Positions 1-11,256 of a stretch of DNA of 22,414 bases are shown piece after piece. The stretch comes from Atractiella rhizophila (Eukaryota). The position numbers and the translations under genes are program-made. Location of the stretch: positions 62,001 through 84,414 of the forward strand of contig MU271354.1 of assembly GCA_021432655.1 (NCBI GenBank), in the 5' to 3' direction. The notes below the pieces were generated by a model. The model was not told where the DNA came from. It saw only the letters and a list, made by a program, of their open reading frames with translations, and ran no database searches. Each line of letters starts with the position of its first letter. Positions within the stretch are counted from its first letter, which is position 1.

Positions 1-1530
<1,530 letters not shown>

Positions 1531-1986
1531 GTATTTTGGTTGCAGCTAGAAGGTAGAACCAAACAGAATCCTGCTAAAAACGGGGCATCCAAACACTCAG
1601 TTTTCTTGTAATTTCGGTTCACCTTTGGGACTGAGGCTCCGCAACAGAGCTCACTTGTTTACGTCTCGTTAATCAACCAGTTCCCATCTTCTAGTGTATT
1701 GTCCCTGTTATCGCGGCGAAATCCAAACTCAATCCTTGTCAGACAGGATCACCCTTGAAAGATCATTTATAGAGACCAATAAGAATTGGATAAGATGCTG
1801 GGAAGCTGGAAGCATGTTTGCATTTGCTTAGTTGGACATTGTTCAATATTACACACTTTTAGAAACACATGAACATGGTTTCTTAATTTGTTGTCGTCTA
1901 TGCCGTTACGTGAGAATCACAGCACTGAATGAGGAAAGGGAGGAGCATACTTCAACTCGTTCCCCGTAATGCATCCACTGATTCAT

Positions 1987-2726
1987 TCAGAAGTTCTTGC
2001 GTGGGACAAGTTCGACCTACAATGACGTAAACAAATGCTGTGTATTTTTGAGGGACATCAGAGTACACACCCAATATCCATCTATTGTTGGGGAAGTCAG
2101 TCGATTTAGACCGTTGAGGAAAGGGAAACGAACCAGGGTCCAAAATAAAGGCGATATGCTTCATTTTCCCATCTATAAGCCTTGATGAGCTTTGCAATTT
2201 AGGATCCTGAACAAAGCACCTTGAGGTCTCTTCTTAAACTTGACTCCCAAGGCTTCAAGACGATCAGACGCCTTTTGAACATCATCGACGCCAATCGCGA
2301 TATGTCCAAACTAGCCGCGATGCCGCGACGTCAGCGATATATACAAGTATCGGACCAAAGGAAAGTACTCCTCTTCCAGTCTCTTCGTTCCCGCTCGCAT
2401 AGCCTTTGAAGTTGGGGTCACTTTCAGTGCCATGGTTATGGGTGAGTTCGAGGATGCCTTCCCTCGAAAATCTTCTGGTAGCTTTTTCTTCAGCCGACAA
2501 TCCTTCTCCATTGTCATACCCCAAGAAGTAGAGAGTGAAATCTCCTCCAGTGTGTTGATCAATCAAGTCCATTCCGAGGAACTCAGTATAGAACTTGATA
2601 CTGACTTGAGGGTCTTTCACCCTGATCATGGTATGACTGAAAAATGCTGATCAAAATTACGCGATAATGTAGCAGAATGGAATCTCACTTGAAGCAATAA
2701 GACGAAGTTTCCGCAGTCCTAGGCAT
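1987..2726 (-). CDS. GLO1: Glyoxalase I (lactoylglutathione lyase), single domain, ~158 aa
   Basis: Exons 2726-2689, 2636-2369, 2310-2220, 2172-2134, 2081-2071 and 2016-1987 give FNHTMIRVKDP, LELTHNHGTESDP, GFGHIAIGVDD and IAFILDPDGYWVELV, including the four metal-ligand positions H/E/H/E. Confidence 0.94.
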
Positions 2727-2769
2727 CTTGAATGATTATGTTGAGGACTGCTGAGAGAGGATCAAGGAT

Positions 2770-2793
2770 AGCAGTTGGATCAGCAGTTGGATC
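2770..2793. repeat. 12-nt tandem repeat (agcagttggatc x2) just upstream of the GLO1 ATG
   Basis: Two exact adjacent copies read directly from the sequence. Confidence 0.8.
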
Positions 2794-3822
2794 AGTATCT
2801 TGCTGCAACTGTTTTATGGACGGGACGCAATGACGATCGCTTATAAACAAGACCTGACGATTCCGTTGATGCTGTATGGTGGAGAAACAATTTAGCGACA
2901 TCACAGCACAAATGTGCTGCACGTCCCAACACTGCAAGAAATGGTTTCGACCTGGTTTATAACCCATTTAAGATATTCAATATTCAGTCTGCAATGCAGA
3001 CATAATTATCATTGTCTTGTTGCCTTTCTAGCTTTCGGGCCTATTTCGTGCAAGTTTCGTGAACGTCTCCGATCTAAAAAAGACCAGTTTTCCAACAATG
3101 CTGGTGGGTTTTTGCATTCGACAGCAATTTCTCCTCTTCTGGTACTCAGCCGTGACAGTTCAGCTTCGACAAGCCCTGCACCTAACGTAAGGGTGTTTAG
3201 GCATGACTTTAGTAATTACGTACTTACTCCTTGATGACAATCGCGCCAGGTTACTACAGCAGGTTTACATGGTTGTCGACATCTCCCACTCTGCGTTTGA
3301 CGAAGTTTTTGAGATGTGCATCAAATGGGAGGAGAGAAACCAGCTAGTCTCGCCAGATATTTTGAAGTTACACACAGGTTCACAACCGATCGATAACTAT
3401 ACCCCATAGGTTAGGACTCGTACCTTGATGCCTCAAACAATTTTCAATCCATTTCGCGTCCGTCTCCTCACGGAGCGTATATAGTCATTCAACTTGATGC
3501 GTTTGCAGGAATACACGAGAATAAAAGGAGTCGCGCGAGGTTGTTTTTATGACAATAAGGAAGGTAGAAGTTCCCTCAACATATTCACAAAACGACCAAT
3601 TTCACTTCCATGTGTTTTTCAGGCCATTCCTCATTCCACCTCCCCATTCCTTCAAGCACTTTCGGAAGTTATTGAGAAAAATTAGGAGGTACGAAGCATC
3701 AGTGATATCGAAGCGACAAACCTATCCAAGTTGAGTCGTTTCACTTTCCCCCGTCTTGGTGGCGGCATCGTGGATATAGAACGCTCATTATCTTTCCTGA
3801 TTTCCTCGTATAGTCAACGAAT

Positions 3823-6023
3823 ATGTATCCCGTAACCAGATCTAATGACAATTACGAGCCTCCGAGCACAGGCAGACAAGACAAATCGCCTCTCCTTCGC
3901 CCCGTCTGCACTCCACCCCGCCCTCATTCTTTCAACGCTTTTCACACTCCCCTCCGCGTCGAAGTAGAAATAATACCTCCAACTGGCTCGGATGGATCGG
4001 TGTCTACCACAGATTCAAGCACCAAGAGCCTTTTCGTCGCCGAAAGCGAAAGTCCTCAGTCCACGACACGAGCCAAACGTTCCAAATCCTCGAACAACGG
4101 GAGTCCTGAAGGAGAATCGAAATGGAGTTCGCAAAAGAATACTTCCATGACCAGACCGAGAGCGGTTTCAGAATCTGACACGAAGTCACAGGGACCTCCG
4201 GACTTCGACGTTGGAAGAAGGAGAGCGAGTGTGACTGAGACCAGAAGAATTCAACCTCTGGAGGAGGTGCGAGAGGACGACGAAGGCGAGATCACGGGAG
4301 AAGAATCGATTATCATTCATACTTCTAGCTTGAACATCGACGCGCCATCGTTCAACCCAAAAAGCCATATAACTTTCAATGGCGGTAGACGATTAAACAG
4401 CAACATATCGATGGAGTTTTCTAACGAAGATGGAAAAATCCAACCGATACCTGCACTGATAGGACCATCGTCTTTGCCTTATGGTGTGTAGTTCCGAGAT
4501 AACCGAGGGGAAACATCTGACGTTCATCAACAGCTCGTTGCCCCAGCGGGATCGATGCGTTCTACTTTGGAGGTGGTCTAGATCCAGAAACTGTTCACGA
4601 TTTTCCGGAACCAGATGCGTTGGATGGCTATCACACCTATGCCGTCCAATCTGATTTCCCTGATCCCCAAAAATCGTGGAGCCAGCGTCGCACATCAAGA
4701 GAGAGAATTGTCTCTTCCGCATCTTCCATCGTCGTCGACGAGGTTCGACCTACATATCCCGCTCCCCCCGGCGGTCATATTGCCTTCGCCCAATCGCGTG
4801 CGCGGCAGAGGAGCGCGTTCGGTGCTGCCGCCGAAGAAGCTAAAGAACGGAGAAGGGAGGCGACGCAAGTGCGAAAGGAGCTCGAAAGAGTTGGTGCAGA
4901 GGTTAGGAGGGATATATCAATGTCTGGGAGACTGGAACAAAACGGCAGCTCGAGGATGACGGGATTCAAATCTGCTTCTGACGCTTTGAAAGCTGAGAGA
5001 CACATCACAAGCCCTTTCTTGGCGACAGAGATGCAAAAGAAAGCTGCCAGCTCGAACATAGGTCTGCATTCTACTCTCGAGGAAGAGCAGAATTTTGAAC
5101 GCTCAGTCGCATCAAAGCAAGAACTTCATTTACCCTCGCAGTTCCAACTTCCCTCGCCTCACGTCGACACATCCGCGGCTCTTTTACATCAGACCGACGA
5201 CGCCTTCCACACATCAGTGGGCCGCCTTTCACCGACTATGATCAATCCGCTTTTCAACCCCTTCCTGAATCCCGGAGTTCTTCAAGTGATGATGGAACAA
5301 GCTCAAGCCCACGGCGTTTGGTCGTTCACATTGCCGATAATCCAACCTAGTTTCAGACATCCTGCAGGCATCCATTCACCAGAATTGAATTCTGTCAGTT
5401 TTCTCCCCCGCGCAGTTTCAGAACCGTTAGGCAGTTTGCACTTCGCCAATCAAGGCGCAGAGCACCAAGCTTTGTCAACCTTTAATAATAAAGCAATCGA
5501 CGCAATGCAAGATCCAGCGATCATCGCTTACGGCGTAGGACACGTCCATCGCCCTGGGTTAGAAGGATTGGGACTTGGCAAACCACCTATCGAGCGTCAG
5601 GCCCACATAGAGGGGAGGGTGGTATCGAATCAAAGCGATGCCGAGAACAAATATCGACCCCCTCACAAGAAGAACCAAGAGAACGTGAATATCTTCGAGA
5701 GCGCGAATCCCGCTCAGAAAAGTACGATCACTCAAAGCACCGTGTTGCCCTACAAGCCAGCAAACGCGAGCAAACCTTTGAGGGAGAGTCCAATGAAGAA
5801 GAATTGGAGAAATGCAACTACGAAGAAGAGTTCTATCCCCGATGTATCGCACCGCAATGGCTCAATCGTCTTTGGCAGTTCTGAATCCGCTATGACGACC
5901 CATCATCCTCAACCGACTCATTCCAAGGGAGCCAACGCCCCCATGGAACCGCTTCAAGAATCACCAAATCACGAGAAGAAGAGCGGAAAGGTAAGGGGAA
6001 AAGGCAAGAGCGCTCAGGCCTAA
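3823..6023 (+). CDS. Hypothetical, largely disordered protein (~716 aa) with a PAM2-like motif
   Basis: ORFs 3823-4491 and 4620-6023 join in frame through a 50-nt intron at 4484-4533 (gtgtgt...ctgac...cag). The product is S/P/R/E-rich, has no fold I recognise, and contains SSLNIDAPSFNP. Confidence 0.75.
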
Positions 6024-6610
6024 ACCTCAGAAGTCATCAGCCTGACAGCTCGGTTTCCTTCGATCATCCGTTTATTAAAGAAGTTCCTCTCAGCCATCTT
6101 CCACGCCCCTTTTATCACCAACATTAGCCAGAACAGATGTCATCGTCCGTCCGGGTTCTATGCGCCGGATGCTTACGCCTATTCCTTCACTTTCATTCCA
6201 GTCCAAACAATCGAAGCATGTACACAATTGTCGAGTTTCATCGCCAGTTCAGTTCGTCGCAAATGTTCAGTAGTTAAGCATTCTCGCCGTCCTCTCCACC
6301 CACTGTACACGGCCATTTGAGCAGTTGATCTCATAGGCCGCCTTAGTGTTCCATCTCGTTTTCCATCCTAGCTCACTACCTGTTCTTACATTTCCTTATT
6401 CGTTATTTTACGGCTATTATCGTCTCAAGTGCAATCAACAAGAAATTTCAAGCAGGGCGGATACTGAATTTGCATAGGGAGAAAGAGAGCACTAGTAATA
6501 ACTTGGAACTATTTTCAAGCACATGAAAGACATGAAAGGCGGAGCGTGAGAGGAGAGCTCCTTAATGGTATGGAGAAAAGAAATCTTGTGTTAACTCCTT
6601 GCCCTCCCGC

Positions 6611-7906
6611 TCAGTCAGACGTATCCATCTTTGAGGCCTCGGCGGCATCTCCGTTTTCTTTCTTTTCCCCATCCACCATCGTCAGATCGCCTTCGTTATC
6701 TTCCTTTTCTCCAACATCGACTTGCCATTTCTTGACTAGCTTCTCAGCTCGGATCTTAAAGTCGTATTTGTCGTTTTTAGGGATCTTATCATCTTCCATC
6801 ATAGAAATGCGTTTCATCACTTTGCCCAACTTGCTGCTCTGTGCTCCGCAACCGCAACGTTAGTAGTTTGACAGATGGGTGGGAAAGAACTAACCCGTAA
6901 CCAATCTCTATGAAAATCAAATTTTTCGATATTGGTAAAGAGCTTTCCGCACTCGTCCATCTCCTACAAAACGGCGATTGGTGATGACGCCAATAAAAAC
7001 GACAAAACGCACCTCAACTTTAGGAGGCTCCTTCCCTAAAAATGCTCGTTGAAGCTTGTTTCGATATGTTTTAGCTTTACTCGCTCCATCATCATCACCT
7101 GCAACAACCAGTGAGAGGGTGAGAACCGATAGTGGACGCCACACCTTTCTCCGCCTCAGCCTTGGAACCTTTCGTCGTTTTTTTCTTTCCACCATCCTGG
7201 CGAAACCGCCCCGTAAGTAAAATATGCAACATAACCACGCCAGCGGATGAATGGGAAAGCATACAGATTTCTCCTTCTTGGCTTTCCCATTCTTCTCCAC
7301 CTTCTTTTTCTTCTCACCGACCGTCTTCGTGCTTCCCCGCTTCCTCTTTTTGCTACCCTTCTCATCACCGTCTTCCTCCAATTGGTCCTCATCTTCTGCT
7401 AGCTCCTCCTCCGCCTCTAATTGAGCATTAAGAAAGTCCTCTTGCTCCTTCTCCCATTTGGTAGGATTCAACGCGGTCCTGTAGCCTTCTAACAGATTTG
7501 CGGCAAGCTTTTTCTTCGATCCTTCATTGAGAATGGTTTCGATTTCGTGCTTCGCAAGCGCTGACAAATCTTTAGCATTCGCCCATGTACTACTCATCCC
7601 AATCCAATCAAGGCTTCATCAGTCAAAGTCTACGGCCCAAGGGACGAAGTGAAACGCACTAGTCGCCTGCAGGGAAGAACTTGACCAGGAACTTAGAGCT
7701 GCTGGCGCCCTTATCCGCCTTGACCTTCTCAGGGGCCGACTCGGGATCCACGAGCTTTTGACGCGCGAATTACTCCCTTACATCACAAGGAGAAGACAAC
7801 GTACCTTTCCAGGCCAACTGGGGTAGCCTTTCACCTTCGCGAGAACTACATCTCCCACAGCATACTTATGGTCGTCCCCGCCCTTAGTTGACTTCTTAGC
7901 AGACAT
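6611..7906 (-). CDS. PWWP-domain protein with C-terminal TFIIS-N/IBD-like helical region (~318 aa)
   Basis: Exons 7906-7805, 7754-7660, 7589-7265, 7196-7145, 7098-7013, 6963-6895 and 6838-6611. N-terminus YAVGDVVLAKVKGYPSWPGK...FLVKFFPAGDYTW is a PWWP domain. An acidic/basic linker follows, then RNKLQRAFL...SKLGKVMKRI...IRAEKLVKKWQ. Confidence 0.88.
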
Positions 7907-8338
7907 GACAGCTCTACTCGTTCGACTGGGATATTATGGTACTGTTTCGACGCGTTTGTACGTCAGAAATATATTGAATCAGTCGCATAGGCCTTGGGGA
8001 AGTTGAGAATGGACCCACAGGAGGAGGTTGTAAGATAACGAGCAGGTTCTGAGGGAGGTCGCGGTTCTCACTCTTCGCTGTTTTCGCTCGTCGTGCACGT
8101 CAATTAAAGTTCGCTCCGCCATTTTTCTTCATGCGGATATGTCTCATTGTACCTGTCATAGAACGAGTTCTCACAGGAGCCTAACGCAGACGGTCGGCGC
8201 AGGTGCACCTATTGGGGAACGCCTCAAAGCACCGACGGAGAGAAAGGGTTGAAATTATTCGATTTGCACCTCAGGTTATCTATCGGGTAGTTCATCCCCA
8301 CTCCAACCCCTGAGCATGAAGAGCATCCACACAGGCTA

Positions 8339-9009
8339 TCACTTAAGAGCTGCCTGGAGCGCTTCATACACCTCGACCTCGACGGCGGCTTCCGCCTTTT
8401 CTTCCTCTGTCGCATTGCCGCTGACAACCCGTTGGGCTTCGGCGAGAGCTGAACGGACGGCCTTTGTCCCCAATTCCACCAGTTAGAGCTGTACATGATA
8501 TAGCAAACGCAACAAACCTCAGGTGAGAAATCCGTTAGAGGAAAAGCTTCAATGGCGTTGATGGTAAGGGTGTTGTTGGGATGAACGTTGGCAAAGCCAC
8601 CACTCACTAGAGAAAGAGGGTAAGCAATGTGTGTCCTCGTAGGAGCAAGAGCCATACCGAACCACTTCTTGGAATCTGCTGCTGAGCCCTCAATTACTTC
8701 GACAATTCCCGGTTTGAGCGGTTCAATGACGGGAACGTGGTTGGCAAGTATACCCATATCTCCACTGCCGGCTGCCACATTGACTTGTACCACATCCTGG
8801 GAGCTGAAAATTGTCTGTCAAGACGATACCTGTCATTTCTGTTGCGCATGCATCGGCAGAGAGCGTACCTCGTGAGGGAGGACCAAGGACAGCTTGAGCT
8901 TCCCAGACTCTTCAGCGTAAAACCTTTTTGCCCCAAGTGCAACAGGGTTGCGGAGGCTGAGACCTTTAGAGGTCTTTGGGACAGCCCGTAAAGCAAATCG
9001 AGAGAGCAT
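8339..9009 (-). CDS. ATP16: Mitochondrial ATP synthase F1 delta subunit, intact copy (169 aa)
   Basis: Exons 9009-8869, 8814-8658, 8606-8518 and 8461-8339. Basic presequence MLSRFALRAVPK..., then KLKLSLVLPHE, GDMGILANHVP, FVSGGFANVHPNNTLTINAIEA and a C-terminal helical hairpin ending EVYEALQAALK. Confidence 0.95.
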
Positions 9010-9131
9010 CCTTTTTGATAGTTGGTGGTTGATTTTGTCGAGCTTTACTTATGACTCACAACCTCAAACGACGAACAGTCCAAACAGTTTCTGTTCTGTA
9101 GGCCTTACCCGCGCTGTAGCAGACTATCGAA
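9010..9131. promoter_or_regulatory. 122-bp divergent intergenic region (ATP16/TOA1) containing TGACTCA at 9052-9058; duplicated at 11257-11377
   Basis: Head-to-head ATGs at 9009 and 9132. TGACTCA is the AP-1/Gcn4-CpcA core; its function here is inferred only. Confidence 0.55.
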
Positions 9132-9948
9132 ATGTCCAACAAAGTAGTGGTGAGCACTTTATATACCTCCCAGAGCAGGTTTGAGAGGAAGCACAGCCGT
9201 CCGTTTACAGGTCGATCATTGACCAGGTTATGGCCAACTGTCGCAACGATTTCGACGAAATGGGCATTGAAGATGCGGTACGAGGAGAACTACAGCGCGT
9301 GCGTTATTCTTCTGATACTTCGCTTCGCAATTGCTTACAAGGTATCAAGTCGTGGGAGAGCAAAGTGGCAAATTCCCGAACGGCTGACTATTCCTCCGAA
9401 GAACGCTTCCAGCAATGGACTTCTCCTTCCTCCTCAGCGTTGGAAACCACCTCAGGTTTTGGTGTTGGAAATGGTGGTCCTCTGAAAGACGAGTACGCTC
9501 TTCTGCTTCAGTTTACGCGGAGCTAAGGTAGCGAAGATCTGAGGACAGCAAGGATGGGATATTGCCTCAACCTGCCAGCTCCCAAGGGAATGGCAAATTG
9601 AATGGAACGCCACTGAGGGATCCAAAGAAGAACCTGGACGATGAGGAGATCGGCAGTGACCTGGATGAGCCTGATGATGATGAGATTGAAGACAACGACG
9701 GGTATGTGGGAGACATGGCGATTGCTCTTTATGACAAGGTGAGTCTTGTCTTAGATGGTGCGTGAAACTTTATTGACCAATCTCTAGGTACAAAGAGTGA
9801 AGAACAAATGGAAGATCACGTTGAAGGATGGAGTCGTCAATGTGAAGGGGAAAGATTATATATTTTCAAAATGCAGCGGGTTTGTCTTTCTTCCAATTCG
9901 ATGCTCTCAGCTGAAATTCTTACGTGATCTAGCGAGTTTGAATGGTAG
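9132..9948 (+). CDS. TOA1: Transcription initiation factor IIA large (alpha/beta) subunit, copy 1 (190 aa)
   Basis: Exons 9132-9149, 9197-9298, 9350-9492, 9537-9738, 9788-9879 and 9933-9948 give MSNKVVPSVYRSIIDQVMANCRNDFDEMGIE...SWESKV, IGSDLDE, and LYDKVQRVKNKWKITLKDGVVNVKGKDYIFSKCSGEFEW. Confidence 0.95.
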
Positions 9949-10641
9949 CATTCCCGGTGTTTGGGATCGTTTCTTGTGTGCCATATTTTCAGTATCTCTG
10001 ACTGTTTGTCGCTATCATCTCATCTGTACTCTTACGCTCACAAGGTGTGTCAGTCATCAGGCATCATTTCGTCCACAATGACCTCTCCTTGTCCACTTTT
10101 ACATCTATTGTTTTGGTTGATTTGGAGGAAAATTAAACGCATTAGTTGGTGACGGCACCCAAGGCTGTGCATTGGAGGTAACGGTCACGCGTCTTGTTCA
10201 AGTGTATTGTTTTATTGCTTCCCAAGGGCGAGAAAATGTCGCGTGAAGATACGCTCGATGTCACTTGCACGGAGTACAGCATAGTGTCCGAATGCGTTTC
10301 GAAATTACCCCTTCACACTCCTTGTCATCAATGGACAGGGACATTTTTGTTAGGATTGCTTGCTGGCGTCCAATAACTTCTGTCTTAATGATCAGGGTGG
10401 GCTCAAAGGAGAGGTTGTTTTGCTCTGCCTTGCCCAGGTGCACCTCGTTAACCACAACTTTGAAGCCAATGTCGCGATGGTGCTGGTGTTCCACATGTTA
10501 CATTCCAGTCGATCAGATTATAGATACGTGGAAAGCATGGTCTGTCCATTGCACATTTATTATTATTACAGTAAGAGACGCACAGCCATCAAAAAAAAGA
10601 AAACCGGGAAGGTACTCGACAGTCCCCCAACTTGACATCTA

Positions 10642-11256
10642 TCATTTCATTTTGACGTATTTGCGTCCTTCTTTGGGGTGTTCCAACTGGGTTTCACATC
10701 AGCAGTAGCTAAGATACAATTCCACCAGTTAGAGCTGTACATGATATAGCAAACGCAACAAACCTCAGGTGAGAAATCCGTTAGAGGAAAAGCTTCAATG
10801 GCGTTGATGGTGAGGGTGTTGTTGGGATGAACGTTGGCGAAGCCACCACTCACTAAAGAAAGAGGGTAAGCAACGTGTATCCTCGTAGGAGCAAGAGCCA
10901 ATACCGAACCACTTCTTGGAATCTGCTGCTGAGCCTTCAATTACTTCGACAATTCCCGGTTTGAGCGGTTCAATGACGGGAACGTGGTTGGCAAGTATAC
11001 CCATATCTCCACTGCCGGCTGCCACGTTGACTTGTACCACATCCTGGGAGCTGAAAATTGTCTGTCAAGACGATACATGTCATTTCTGTTGCGCATGCAT
11101 AGGCAGAGAGCATACCTCGTGAGGGAGGACCAAGGACAGCTTGAGCTTCCCAGACTCTTCAGCGTAAAACCTTTTTGCCCCAAGTGAAACAGGGTTGCGG
11201 AGGCTGAGACCTTTAGAAGTCTTTGGGACAGCCCGTAAAGCAAATCGAGAGAGCAT
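10642..11256 (-). CDS. Chimeric truncated ATP16 copy: exons 1-3 (129 codons) joined to the CDC50 3' end; may be a pseudogene
   Basis: Exons 11256-11116, 11061-10905 and 10852-10764 are open with GT/AG sites retained. The native last exon is absent. The stop depends on splicing: 10694-10696, 10642-10644 or 10647-10649. Confidence 0.6.
10647..10686 (-). other. Duplicated terminal exon of CDC50 ([12 protein letters not shown]) with its acceptor and downstream 3' region
   Basis: Identical to 12899-12938; preceded on the minus strand by gctgat...cccag. Confidence 0.9.

Larger units (their letters stand above)
8471..10715. repeat. Tandem segmental duplication, unit 1 (2245 bp)
   Basis: Aligns by eye end to end with 10717-12967; I count 23 substitutions and 4 small indels. 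Confidence 0.95.
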
